From: Takakia lepidozioides
Taxonomy: Eukaryota; Plantae; Bryophyta
Reading direction: 5' to 3'
Length of the DNA: 64,000 bases
NCBI GenBank assembly: GCA_030704615.1
Contig: CM060734.1
Location: 38,006,001 to 38,070,000 of the forward strand
The position numbers and the translations under genes are program-made. Shown here piece after piece: positions 26,302 to 40,309 of this stretch. How positions within the stretch are numbered: the stretch's first letter is position 1; each line of letters starts with the position of its first letter. Under the pieces are notes generated by a model. That model was given only the letters and a program-made list of their open reading frames with translations. It was not told the origin of the DNA and ran no database searches.

Positions 26302-27456
26302 AGATAACATGATACAGATTCAGGAACAACGAAGGAAAAGAATATCCGAAGGGAAAGAGAAATCTTTCTAGGACGGGGACATTGTTTTGTGGTTACCTAA
26401 AATCAAGAAGATCAAATTGGGCGGAAAATTGAAAATGCCATGGATGGGACCATTTCAAATCAAAAGGGTACATGACAATGGAACTATTGATTTGCAGACC
26501 TTGGAAGAAGAATTCGTGGGACGAATTAGTTAAAAGGCTACCAAGGAATACATGACAAAGCCCTTATACATGATTTATACGCCAACGAGGAAGATCAAAC
26601 TGAAGATGAGGAGCGCGAAACCACCAATGCCTACTACATTCATCACGACACGGTGAATCGGCATGTACTAAGACAGGTGGCAACACGAATTCAGGGCACC
26701 ACGACGGCTAGACCACCATTCATCTGGAGGACAACATTACCACCCCGTATACCGTATGGTGAACCGTGGCCAGCACAAATGCCCTACAGAACCATGAACG
26801 AATACGAAGCATCCAACGAGTCACTGCTTGTGTTAAACTCCGAGATGTACGCTCCAGATTACCCCACCGACCAAAGTAATCATACACCACTACCCTTCGA
26901 TCATAACACGGAGGCAGAACGACGGCGCAATCCAACGGATTGCCAAAAGACGGTGGATGATAAGGGCAAAGCTATTAAACCAAGCTGCAAGTACTGCGCC
27001 CACGCCGCCCATCTAAAAACAGACCACGTACCCAAGTGGATGAACACAGCTCAGAGGGATGAACATAAACTGACCGAAACTGGACAATCATCAACGACCA
27101 TCAGTTTTAACCAAAGCAAATCATGAAGAAAAAACCAACGGAAGAAAATCAAGCACGAAAGGGATGAAGTTTTCTCAAAACCGTTACCAGAGGCTAAATG
27201 CTTCTTGGTAAGCCTGGGCCCAGCAATTAAAGCTAACTGCACTTTAAACTCAGACAACCAGCAGGACATAATTACCTCCACAACAACCTCGAGAGAAGTT
27301 AGAGGAGAACCCCTACTTAAACCCAGAAGCGAACTCCTCACCTTCTCTTCCGCAAACTGGAAATTGCTCTATACACAACTTCCAGTGTGCTTCATACTCC
27401 TTGTGATACAGGAATTGGTGCTCCAATTCCTTACAGCAACCACAAGACTAAGAGAA

Positions 27457-30305
27457 ATGGCAGGCACCAAGCGGAAGGCACCAAGTTCTTATGCGCAAGT
27501 GAATCTCAAAATCAGCCCGGCGTTGCGGAAGATTGAGCAGGACACAGAGACACATGAGACGTTGGACAGTCTTGGCCTGCGATACTTCATCACCACGCTG
27601 GACTGGAACCTGAAGCACGACGAGCTGTGCAGGGAGTTCTTGGAGAATTACAACACCAGCACTCGGAGCACAAATGTCCATGACACACACATCATGCTGA
27701 CGGAGAAGTACTTGGCGGAAGTGTTTCACCTTCCCAGTCTGGATGTACCAGCGCACAACGGCAAACCTCCAAGGTTTGTACTTGCAGATTTGTATGAGAA
27801 TCTCAACCAAGCACATCAAGGCTACATATGTAGCCATAGCAAAAGCCCCGGCTTTAGGAAGATAGCCCCGGTACTTAGCACGTTGCTTTGCCTCAGGCAA
27901 AACCACAGCTACTGTACCAAGGAGCTAATCGATCAAGTGTTGATTTGCCTCAATGGGCAAATCATGAATTGGGCAAGCTTCTTATTGAAGAAGTTAACTC
28001 AAGAACTGACCCGGTTGACAAAGAAGAAGAAGGAAGCAACTGTTAATATGGCGACTCCCTTGTTACTCCAAATGATTCGACATACTGTACACCTAATGCC
28101 TGAAGAGCAAGCGACGTTGGGGATTATGCAACGGGTAGATACAATGGAGGAAGAAGGGAGTGAGACAGCAGCAGGACATGAAGAAGAAGAGGGCGGACTT
28201 GCAAAAAGAGCCCGGATCAACAAGCAACCACAAGTACAGCAGCAGAGGACATCATCAACTCGACGGCTGATTCCCCAGTGCACAGAGAAGGGGAGAATCA
28301 ACAGCCAGAAGGAGGAAACCAACCACAGACCAACGAAGCAACGCCCATGGAAATTAGCCATGGCAACACCGAAACCCAGCAAGCAACACACACAAAGGTC
28401 ACACAACCAGGAACACAGGAGGGAGACATAGTGGCACAACAACAGCAGATAGTGCAAGAGGCACCCAACCAGCAGCAACAGCAGATGGTGCAAGAGGCAC
28501 CAAATCAGCAGTAGCAAGACATAAATTCCAATTTAAAATTACTACTAGCACAACAAGTTCTGGATACAATAGCATGGAACACAGGGTTGGAGGAGACGCG
28601 ACAAAATGTCATTCTGCAGGCAATACAAGCATTGGGTCAACTAACAGCTTGTATGGACAAGGCTAAGGATTACATTAGCCCGGAAAAACATGAGCATGAT
28701 CTTAGACCACATCAAAGAGAAGAACCAGAGAGAATTGGCCACTGCAAGAACAGTATGTAACCTCAGTGGGAGCAGAAGTGGGAAAGACAGAGAGACGAAA
28801 CACGCCATGTCCAAGCTGACCTCGATGCAGAGCGAGAGAGATCTCGGAAAACAGAGACAGGGTTGGAAACACTCACAGCACAGGTGTAAACGTTAAAGCA
28901 GCAGGTGAAGACACTCAAGGGGCAGCTGAGGACTGCCAGAGATCAAGGAACCAAGTGGCTCAATAGCAACACTACACTGCTTAAGGAAAGGGAGAATGCT
29001 AAGAGCAGACTGTTTACCGCCACCACAGAAAGAGACATTGCCATGGGCAATGAACAAGAATGGAAGCAGCAGCTGGAGAAGCTGACACTGCAAGCAGCGT
29101 TGGATGCAGCGGACGCAGCCTTAGCCAAAGCCTGGTTGAATGAAGGGAGTGAATTGGAGATGAAGAAACTCAACAAGGCAATGGTGAGGCAGATGAAATG
29201 TCAGTTGGCGAAGTTGGTGACAGACATTCATGAGGAGTTCTTGCCACCAATTCCAGAACAAGAGGAGCTCATGGACGAAGAGGATCAAGAGGAACAAGAT
29301 CACGAACGAAATACACCAATACAATCAACAACAACAACACCAACACAAACACCACCAACAACACAACCACCACCAAGTCAACAGACACTGGTATAGGCCA
29401 CAGCGGGGCCATCCACTCAAGAGGTAAACCCTGTAACACTACCAAGTGTCCTGGTAGCATCAACTTCGGTAGCAGTGGATGATTTCCAAATCATGCCATG
29501 CAAGCAGGATTGGGAGTGGTTAAAGTATTCAGAGGAATACTTTAAAATGATGGTAGTACCAGCCCACCAAATCCCAGAAATACTGGAGAAGGTTTTCAAA
29601 ACCTTAACCCCCTGTAGATCATTGGGTCAATTGCATCTGCTCAATCAAACTCTTATTCCTCTGAGATATAGGATGAGGCCATTGGCTAAGGAGGAGACAG
29701 GGTCAGGGGCAGAATTGGTTGAATTTTGGCGCCAGGCTCCTCTGGAATACAAAGAGCTGGTAGCTTACATGTGGGCAGTGGGGCAATTGAAGATTAATCC
29801 TACCCCGGCAGTAACCATTGTGATGGGATGCCCAAGTTTTTATCTTGGCAGTTACTTGTACCGGATGTACGTGACAATGAGGGGAAGCTGGCAGCGCTAT
29901 GAGAGTATTGAAAAAGATACTCACTGGGAATTACCCAAATTCCAGCCACCAGAGAGAGTCACAGGCACTTCAGCATATATGAATAGGCCACTGTATGCTG
30001 AAGCATGGCGCCAGGCGAAGGACCATTTTTCACCATTGGTATTGGACAGAGACCACCCTTTCAGAGAAACAGGGGTCCACGCTGTTAACTGGTTAATGGG
30101 CAGCAGGGCGACAAAACACATTATACCCTGGACCAAGGAGGAGCTGCAAACATACCGCGAAACCTTGACCCACAAAATTGATATGGTACGTGGGTACGAG
30201 ATAGCAGAACACCCTGATGAAGAAAGCTGGCCTACTCACAAACCAGAGGAGCAACCAGACAGTGACGATAACAGGAACAAGAAGCTGCCACTACGACAAT
30301 CCTAG
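27457..30305 (+). pseudogene. Large sense-strand accessory ORF of family B (frameshifted)
   Basis: N-terminal ELCREFLENY..LT.KYLAEVFHLP..MNWASFLL domain like plant Gypsy extra ORFs, Q/E-rich linker, coiled coil, and a C-terminal domain shared with 7091-7774. Confidence 0.7.
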
Positions 30306-30425
30306 GACGCAATTCCTACCTCACAAACAGGCATGCCACCACCTTACATCCCCAAGAGATACAGCAAGCACAGGAATTGACGAAATTGTGCGGACACAGT
30401 TTCAAAAGAGGGGGGGGGGAATAAA

Positions 30426-31305
30426 TGATAACGGGTTATGCTACGAGGGACAGACAACGAGGGTCACAACGGGACATACCAGGTAGTGAGGGACGTACAC
30501 TACCTGGGCCACAGGCAGAGACGGCTAAGTACACGGTACTTAGCCAATGGTGGGACAAGGGTACATTACCACGAGAGCAGTAGTGAGTAGTGTAGTAACC
30601 GTGAGCCGTGAACCACGATATTACACGGCCACGTTAGCATCGGCTTAACCAGTATAGAGAGTAGTGAACCGTTTACCACTATGGCTCACGACCACTGCAA
30701 CGAGCCACTTTTTAGCAAACATTTTAGGTTGCGTAGGCAGTTAGGCAAACGGTCATTAACGACCACAGACTGTAACGGCTCTTTTGAGCATAGTATAAAC
30801 AGACTGCACGCAACTTAGAAGGTTTGTAGTGCGGAGTGTGTAGTGTGTAGTGTGTAGTATGAGTATCAGGGATCAGTGTGTACTTCTGTGATGATGTGAG
30901 GAGCTCTGAAGTAAAGCCATGCTATTCGAAGTATCTCTGTGTAGAGTGAATGTGAGATGGAGAGAATGTGCATTATGAGAGAACGTGATATGGTGAGAAT
31001 GTGTATCATCTCAGAATAGTTCTTGTTTTGTCTTGACTACCCTCTGTTGTATGAACCCAGAGGCCTCAGTCCTTTTGACTAAAATCTTTTATATTAAGAG
31101 ACTGTAGATTGGGCTTAATCAATATGATTAAGCAGCCTACAGGAATATGGTTTCATATGACGTTCATGGTTTAGCTATCCTTAGAATGATTACTTCGTAA
31201 TCGTTTCTGAAAGCATACCGTCGGACAACCTCTGTTGCATGTCTTAGGAAATGGGCAGTAGTGTCAATAGTCTGTTTTGTCTAAGTCATAAACCAGCGGT
31301 TAACA
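30426..31305 (+). repeat. 3' LTR of family B
   Basis: TG..CA ends; inverted homologue at 49421-50279. Confidence 0.85.
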
Positions 31306-31319
31306 CATGTGTCAATGCG

Positions 31320-33730
31320 AATTTTAGCTTTTCAAATCTAATTTCATAGGCTGGAGTCGAGGCCTCCCTCCAATCCATATAGGAGTAGAGTTCTTCATTA
31401 AATCAGTCATCGGGGCTACAATGCGAGAAAAATGATTTAACAAATTTTCGGCGCAGAAAGCTACCAAACCCAACAAAGCTTCTGATTTCGGTTGGGTTTG
31501 GGCCATTCAGCCACAGCCTATACCTTTCCTTGGGTCGATGGCCACCCCGTCCTTTGAGATATGAAATCCCAAATAACCCATGCGATCAATAAATAACTCA
31601 CATTTACTTTTCTTCGAGAACAAATGATTATGTCTTAAGATATCTAAGACCATTCACAAATGTTGTTCATGTTCTTCTTTTGTCTTGGAAAATATCAAGA
31701 TATCATCCATTACAACCTCCTGCTGCGAAGCTCCTCCTTGCTGGTGTTCACCGTCGATAACTCCAACTAGGCTAAGTCTGTAGAATCCATTCAGGTGGCG
31801 ATGTGAAGAAATATGTCAATCCTGCATTCCATAGTGGGATAGGAAACGTCAAGTCCGTGCAGACTTTTAGTACATACCAGTGCGGCATTGGACAAGTCTG
31901 TGCCGACTTCTCAACTGGAACTTGTGAAAAATAAAAAAAACTCATAACATTAAATACATACATATTAAACTTTCATTTGAAGATTACAAGCATCAAATGG
32001 GCCCCACAAGTTTGTGCCGACTTATGGGGCTCTTGGCTCCTCTTGGTATTCTTCTTGATGTTTAATGGTCCTCTTAAATTATTTCTCGAAATCTAGGGGG
32101 CAACTTAAAGTAAAGTATGATGCAACAGATAGTAAATGGATAGACATTTAATTTATTACTTCGGTTACTATGATTTTTGAGAAAGCTCATAATGTTTATA
32201 GCTTGAATGCTATTGATGCCCAATCTTTGGACGAATTTGTTTTGACCAAGTAATAATTATTTTTTATTGGAAAAAAATTATTATTTATTATTTATTATTT
32301 TAAATATAATGTGCCCAAAATTTGCTAGCAGCAGCAAACCCCCCTATAAAATACCATTTTTTGGCATGTGATACCTAAAAGATATAAGAGTGACCTCCCC
32401 GAGCCACACACTGTCTTAACCCACTATCTTTCTTTTCTATGAACAGGAGCACCCAAAGGCGACTTGATAGCACGAATATATCCTTTCTCAAGCAAGTCAC
32501 TCAATTGCTTTTCAAGTTCTTCGTTTTCTGCAATTGAATGTCGATAGGGTGCTCGTGCAAATGGTACTGTGTACATCTTGTATGACAATTGGTACGATAG
32601 AAACATGTCGTTGCATGGTTTTCACTCCGCCATTTGGTAGTAATATATGAGACGGTTGTACCTCCTCCTGAGACAACCCCAATTTGTCCGCGAAGGTTTT
32701 TGATAGCATGTTATGAGTGTTGTTAGTGTCAATCATCAACAGCGCTACCTATCCCATGACTCGAATAACATTGTGATTATAAGCCACTTTACCACCAATG
32801 ACTGCAGTTGAAACCCTCATGTTAGGACCTTTTCCAGTGGTAAGTCCTGAACAATTGCTGAGATCAGTAATAGTTATAGGTTCCACCGGTTCTTCCACTA
32901 GCAAAGCTGCAGTTTGTCAAAATTGGCGTTCAGGACAATCCACCATGCTGAAATGTTTATGATAGATAGAGCAAAGTCCCATTCTGAAATGTTATTCTTG
33001 TTCATTGGGACCGAGGCATTGTGGAATACCAACGTTTGTTCTCTGGCTTCCCTAATTATCATTCTTCTTGTAATGTTTGAATATCTTCCAATTTTCCTTC
33101 CTCGCTTGGATAATTTTGGGAGGGAACATCATCTTCTTTTTATTCTCCACAACACGCCATCCGTACACCATCCGTTGTGCCTTGACTTCATACTCAAAAT
33201 TACAAGCCAATCGATAGGCCTCAACCTCGGTACGGGGATTATGGGCCTTGACCTTGAACTTCAAAGAGTCATTTAAACCATCGATGAAGAAATCCACCTA
33301 TCAATCCCACTAAGAATCGGAAATAACTGGCATACGTTTCGAATTTAGTTTTGAACTCGACGACACTTGAACTTTCTTGTTTCAGGGTGAAGAGTTAAAC
33401 TCTCATTTTGTGAGCATAATCTCCAAGAAGATAATAGGCCAAAAACAATGAGCAAAACTCGTCCCAAGTCTCGATCGGGGACTTATCATGGCCACGGAGT
33501 TCATGCTTCTGACGGGACCACAGAGTTGTAAGGTTGCAGTTCTTATTTTAGCTTCTTCAGGGTAATCCTCTTCAAATAACTCCTCACGAGTATCTAGAAA
33601 TGATAGAATCTCCTCTGGTTTTACAGACGTCTTACCCAGAAACTCCGACAGCTTCACCATCCATTTGATTTCACAGGTCACATCTTTGTTTCTTTTTGTT
33701 TTGACCTCCAAGAAATTGGTGTCTCACTCG
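31320..33730 (-). pseudogene. Degenerate Ty3/Gypsy gag-protease-RT with an AT-rich insertion
   Basis: Gag FFIDGL, protease MIDTNNTHNM, RT ARAPYR..QLSDLLEKGYIR..SPLGAPV and MDDILIFSKTKEEHEQHL; insertion about 31720-32390. Confidence 0.8.
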
Positions 33731-33838
33731 GTTTGGCTTTGCGATTTTTCCAAAGACATTCCTCTAGTTTGTTTCATGAAAGACTATTCCTTCGCAGATA
33801 CTAATTTCGGAACTTCAAAACGAATGAGAGCACCTAGG

Positions 33839-34145
33839 ACTTCCATCTGTGCTTTGGAGAAATGTTGGCTTTCATAATTTTCCTTACGCTGAGAACTACG
33901 CAAGCCAGAGCGCTCCACAACGTCAGAACTACTACAAAAACTTCCATTTGTGCTTTGGAGAAATGTTGGCTTTCCTAATTTTCCTTATGTTGAGAACTAC
34001 GCAAGCCAGAGCGCTCTACAACGTCAGAACTACTGCAAGAACTTCCATCTGTGCTTTGGAGAAATGTTGGCTTTCCTAATTTTCCTTACGCTGAGAACTA
34101 CGCAAGCCAGAGCGCTCCACAACGTCAGAACTACTGCAAGAACTT
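33839..34145. repeat. Tandem repeat, 3 x 101 bp
   Basis: Unit TTCCAT(C/T)TGTGCTTTGGAGAAATG.. at 33841, 33942, 34043; contiguous, no spacers. Confidence 0.95.
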
Positions 34146-35644
34146 AACGAGATGAAAGCAAGCTACGATGGCTTAGAAAAGTCCACATGATGGCCTACAC
34201 AAGAAGTCCCAAGGTTTTTAACAATTTTGATTTAATGATTATGGAAAATTATAATCGCTAGATTCATCCATGTTGAAAGATATGAACCGTCTAAAGTTGG
34301 CAGTAACACACACTATGGCATTATTTCTATTTTTCCTAGTAACAGACATTATTTCAATTTTTATATTTTAGTTCATATTTTTTATATTTTCATTATATCG
34401 CATAGTGAGACTCAAGCTACTCTTCATCTATACGAAATGTACATTTTAGTGAAGCAAGTCCATTATTTTACTTTGTTTCCATGCATTCATGTACTTCCGC
34501 AAAATTCAATTTTTCGAGGCTCACAATAATATAGAAGTAAGAATATATATATATAAAAGTAAGAAATTTCAGTTTTTTTATGTTTTTAATAGGACTTTAA
34601 TATCTTTAAGAGTAGAGCAATACTGATATGAGTCCATTTTATCATATTTGTTTTCTATACTGAGTGCAAAAAGTCCATAACAACTTTCTTATGGACTGCG
34701 ACACTGTCATATACACTTTTCTAAAGTCCATTACTTCGACAAATCAACTTCATTTCTTGGTGAGAATTTAAAGATTAGAGTTTGTAGTAGTTGGAAACAT
34801 AAGAGTGTGTCGGGCATTTCATCATTGTAATAACATTTTGTCTCTAAGGTACAATTGAATCAAACTATGTCCTGTAAAACAAGTGTTGTGATACAAAAGT
34901 GTAGTCACCGTAGCCTGCTTTCACCCAATGGTAAATTACTCTCCGACCCAAAAGAAAGTTGGTTCATCAATCACGAACAAGGCTCCACCGCTTCATCGCT
35001 CAACCTAGCTTTGATACCATTACCGAGTACACCTTGTTACAGTTACGAAAAATTTCTAATCTGTGACAGATCGTTCGTGAATCCAAAGATTCCATATATA
35101 CAACAATTACCCTGTTGTTCTATTCACAAACACTTTCAACCTACACAGAGCTTGTTCTAGGTACAACTCCAAGACCACCCAACCACCTCGCCAAGCTCAT
35201 TCTCTATACATATCATTTCTCTTGACTTATCCTGCAGGTCATCCCCAGAAATCCAGCGTAGCTACGGCGTGAGCCCAGCCCCGTGAGTCTGGGAGCTGAG
35301 CTCACGTTGTAGCTGCAAAGCGTGAGCGGCACAAATCTGCTGGAGAAGCAGGTCCTATAGGCGAGGATTGCAGGAAGAGGGCTTATTACCGTGGACAAAA
35401 CAAAGGGGGCCACCATGCACCATGTCTGCAATGCCTGCACAAAAAGAGGAATATGAAAATATGAGAGATTTGAGCTCAGAATGATTGACACACTTTATTT
35501 CAATTCACAGATAGACGCTTACAATGAATGACATGTGCATTTGCCCTGGTTCCGTGAACGAAATGTATGTGTTTGTCCTAAATGCAAAGTCTTCACACGA
35601 CAACCTGGAAACCAGCATGGGAAGCGGGCATGGCTCGTATGTGT

Positions 35645-38600
35645 TCAAAGAGAATTTGGCAGAGCCCTACGTGAGGTGTCCCGCTGCAGAAGGGTGTTGA
35701 CTTCTCCGTAGCCTATTGTGGCTTGGTGAATGAATTGGTCTCTCTTACCGTCGCAACACATAATTACAAGGTATATGTAATATTGATGCTTGCAGGGACC
35801 CACTTCCCTCTCATGCCGAGAGCGCCCTCACGCATCGTTACAAAATCCGGACAAGTGCACGTAGGGAAATTCCCCACGGTAACCTGATATTCTTTGCCAT
35901 GAAGAACTGAGCCAATAGACAGCACTGTGTAAATCCGTCCATACCCCGGGGCAGGGACTTCGGTGATACGAGTCACCTGAGCCTGCAAAATTCTAGCCGA
36001 TTCCATCTTGCAGTCGTGATCTGCACTCGAAGCGACACTGCGCACGGTTTTTCCATCTCTTTTTGTTGGGTGGGAGTCGGCACCGGGTGGAAGCATTGCC
36101 GGAGCATGTGGCACATCTGTGCCGACAGTGCATGAGGGCACCACCCGGGACCGTGCAAGACAGAACCCTCCCTCCTCCAGCATGCTTATCTCGGTTGATG
36201 ACAACGACGTCCCAAGTTTCACAGGCCAAATTGTGGGGGGAGGGGGCTTCATTATCACCGAAGGACAAACTGTTCCCTTGACCCATCGTGCCATATCGTC
36301 TAGGCAGAACCAGAATTTGTGGTCCTTTGACTCCCCACTATGATAAGGTCGAAACAACCCTGTGAATGTTGGAGCTGGAGTCCCCCTGCAGCCTTTGCAT
36401 ATTTTTGATTTGCATTTCTTAAAAGAGGGGGTCCGAATTGCCATGCAAGCCACTCTAGATCATGGTGGGGTGCGTTCTATATGCCACTCACTGTCAATGC
36501 AATCAGATTCATGCACCATGGACGCCACCTCCTCCAATGGGATTCCTGCTGCTGTGCTTGCATGATCTGCACCTGCTCCACATGAGGAGGACCCACCTGG
36601 GAAGGGGCGGGCACACGACTTAGTCTGCACTAGAGACACCTTTGGTACAGAGAAATTGACCCTGTCCGGCCGATGGGAATCTCCATCCGACCCTGGAGGA
36701 GTGTTCAATTTCCTTTTGCATGATCCAAATCTTTCCTCGCCTTCCAAATGGGGGATTCTGGATTGCAAAGGGGAGCCTTCAGTGCACCTGTTCAGAGCTC
36801 TGGCCATCTTCGATGGGTCTCTGGACCTACTCGCAGCCCTTAGCATCAACAAAGTCGTATCAGGGCCCTTGCCTCCGCCCCGTCCCATCAGAAAATTGCG
36901 GTGCCTCATGGTTTGTTGTGTAAGTGCCCGCACCATGTCGTCAGCAGTGGCCACATACAAGTCACGTCCTGCTTTGGTAGACTGCTGCATCTAGGCGTTG
37001 TGAACAGTCTCCGCCAAATTACAGGATGGCATGTCGACCAAGTCCTCTAAGGACATGTCCTGCAGGAGGCATTGCATGCAAATGTGAGGAACAAAAAGAA
37101 ATGGAAGAGGTTCTGCAAGTAACAATCCAACAGCCCCAAACGAACAAGCACGATGCAAAGTGAAATTTGTGTTTCTGGGATTGAAGAGGCTTACCGTCGT
37201 CATGAAAGCTCCCCACTGTCTGTACCTGAAGTGCCAGAAAACCAACCTGTCCTCCAACTCCTTCAGGTGGATACCAGTAGCAGCACCAGAGGAGAACCAC
37301 CAAGCCCGGATTGCTTGGTAAGTGCTCTCAGCTTCTCCCATTGAGGTGGCATTTTTGTACTTGAGACGAGCCTCTGGTGCTCCAACTGAAGGTCAGGGCG
37401 AATGCAGCGCTTTGTATGACGTGCCAGAGATTGACTCCAATGGAAGAGGCATGTGCGCTCCCTATTTTCCATTGGGACCTTAGGATCCCCCGAACCAAAC
37501 ACGCGCCGCACTGCATTGAAATTTGCCTGTGCACTATCAGCCATGAAGCCCGCAAAATTTGTGTTCTGCATTCCATTGTGCTGCATGACGCCCAGGAGCA
37601 AATTCCACATGAGCATCTGGGATTCAATGTCCTCCGACTGCATATCACAAATTGCTATGGAGAGCACGCGCTGGTACGCTGGATCGTACACATGGCACGC
37701 CATGGTTGTCCAACCCTTCACCCGTTTGCAGTGATCAAACATTAACCAACATTTAGCCAAATCTCTTCCAGGTTGCATTCGGCGGACTATGCTCACACCA
37801 CTGCCTTTGCCCATTGTGGACATCTTGAACAAATACACCTTGGACGAGCCCTGGCCAGGGAAGATACTATTTTGAATGAATTCATAGCGATTCCTCTGTT
37901 TGAGATCCATAATGTTGTCCATGAATCCAACACTGTCTGTGCCCATTCTGAGTGCATTCACCTGGTTTCGAATATTGGGAGAGCTCAACACGGAGAAATG
38001 GTCCATCACTGCATCAAGCGAATCTGCATCCAACATTGGTTGTGTCGCATCCCCTTCACCCAGTATGTGTTTTTCTAGGAATGTCTTGCTAGCTGCAAGC
38101 GCTATAGCAGAAGGTGTTGCACAAGGGGCATTGTGGAACTCCTGCTTCAGCAGATTTCTAGCGATGTCCACGCTATCCCTGCAACTTCCTTTGGACACAG
38201 GATGCTCGTGTGTACCCATATGAATGCAGGCACGAGTCATTGTCTTGCATCGGTGTGCCACCTGGTGCATACGAGCGTGACACACATAAACATAGGACGG
38301 GGAAGTTTGCAGAACCTGCACACAAAAGTATTGGGTTTGGGAGGGGCAAGCCCTGGGGTGAAAGGATTCAGGGGCACACCTTCCCACTCACTTTTGTTTG
38401 GTTTAGCGCTGTTTCTCAGGTGAGGGCAAGAAATATTCACGCACTTGCAATGCCCAACGCAAACCGACCTTCGAAATTTCAATCCAATGTCGTTGTGGAT
38501 GTTCGATGTTTTTGTCCTGCACCAAGGGTGTCCGTCATGTTTCTTGTCCATGCCTTGCAGAAGCCCAGCTAGTCCACTGGAAGACGTGGGAGGGTTGATC

Positions 38601-39130
38601 TCAAACAAGATGTCCCCATCAAACTCTGCTGGCACGTATTGAACCTGCTGCACACGAAGGGACTCCCAATCAACAAAACACAGCTCGCTCTTGCACCCAG
38701 GCACCCCTGCGAGGGTTTTTAATTTCGGAATGACACTCGTTATCTCCTGCAATTCGTCATCATCGAGTCTGCACTGGCGGAGGAATCTCAGAAACATCCT
38801 CCGAGGACGAGCCTGAAAGAGTCAGGAATGTAGTGGATGTGTTCACCTCTTGTTTCACATGAACTTGTGCCATTTTGCTGCACGACCGATGCTGCAGTGC
38901 CAGGGGTAACTACTGATCCTGCTGATTGTCTTCTCTCTTTTCCAAGGACCCGGTATGTGCCTGGAAGGACTCTCCACTTCCTTCCACACTCGCCAACCAA
39001 TGGTTTCTCCAAATGCCGAGAATCCAAATTTCCATCCTCGTCATACACCTCTTTTTGAACAAGCAGAGAATCCAATTCCAGAGAGAACACTATAACCAGC
39101 TCATCCTCATGGGTTTGCAGTTGTTCATGA
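35645..39130 (-). pseudogene. MULE transposase: GCM-like zinc domain, DDE core, SWIM finger
   Basis: DGHPW..C.GHCKC..C..C..HMGTHEHP; WLMFDH..GFMADSAQA..CLFHW..(intron)..NLAETVHN; CTC..CKH. Stops at 36991 and 36460 plus frameshifts; start uncertain. Confidence 0.85.
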
Positions 39131-40309
39131 GGACTGTAGTGGCAGTCAGTGGAAGACTACCTGCATTGGAATGAAATCGAGCGAGTCTATCTCGCTCCCT
39201 GGACATGTTTTCCTACACTGACCCAACGTTGCGATTCACAACGGATCCCCGAACTGATAGCCCGTAATTCTCGAAAGGGGATCCACCCCAAACAAACTAA
39301 GGTGAATAAGGGTAGCACTGACCCAAAGACTGTGGGCAATGCATGGAAAGGATGTAGGAATGACATGCACCAAACTTCGCAGACAGCCACACTGAGAGAC
39401 ACCAACCAGAAAAACTGTTTTCAAAGACAAGAAGCCACAAGAAGCCGTGCTGTATTTGGATGAAAAACAAACCCTAAACATGACATGAACCATCCATTAT
39501 GGAAAGACGACAACAACCCTGGAGAGCAGTAAACGGGAAACCCCGAATCTAATGAGGTTGTGCTGTGCCAGAAGAGCACATCACAAACACTAACACTCCG
39601 GGAGACACCTCGCACGGATGTGTGCAACACATCACCATTGCCGACACAACCCTTTATACCGAATGACCCCATTGCGACGGTGACGGCGAAATGCAAACCG
39701 CAGGGTAGGTAGAACAACACACGTGGATGCATATGTGAAGCATAACAATTATTGCGAATCTGCAAGTACTGCTCAAAATTGAACTAGCATTAGATTTCTA
39801 CGGCACTTCCGAATTTGAAAGAATGCAAGAAGGCTGCCATGTATTGGCAGGCGGCGAAGTACATCTGACACATATCACAAGTACATGCAACGGATGTACT
39901 TTTTTTCTACCACTTTTTTTCTTGGATAATACAAAGACGCCGAAATGGATGAATTCCGTTCGCACACAATGATGACCCGCATCCAAATACGGTTAACAAT
40001 GTCCAATTTTTATTTTGGATACATGCCAAAGCAACCCTTGTTGCAAACGTCAACTGGAGAGCTCTAGAGGCAGCGTGGGGAGCCCTTGTTTCCACCGGAG
40101 GAGGAAGAGAAGGAAGTCGTTATACTTTACGAGCACTAGGAACAGGAATAGAGCCAGATATAGAATGAGGATGGAAAGAGTAGACGAAGAAGAAAAGGAG
40201 GAAGAAGAGGGCAAAGAGGAAAGTTTGGCGATGGAAGAGCAAGATTCTTGAAAAGAACAGCAGCCCGCCATACTTCCAAGAACATTCTTGCATTTGAATT
40301 GTTTTGCAG

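Larger units (their letters stand above)
26302..31305 (+). mobile_element. 3' half of non-chromovirus Gypsy family B (integrase C-terminus, accessory ORF, PPT, 3' LTR)
   Basis: Integrase tail with WMGPFQI (26302-26600), accessory ORF, PPT AAAAGAGGGGGGGGGGA near 30404-30420, LTR TGATAACGG..GGTTAACA at 30426-31305. Confidence 0.85.

Noticed and set aside
27457-30305. Envelope gene
   Set aside because: No clear signal peptide or transmembrane anchor; basic N-terminus and coiled coil suggest a soluble protein.
33839-34145. Possible CRISPR array
   Set aside because: Contiguous 101-bp units with no unique spacers, no cas genes, eukaryotic context.
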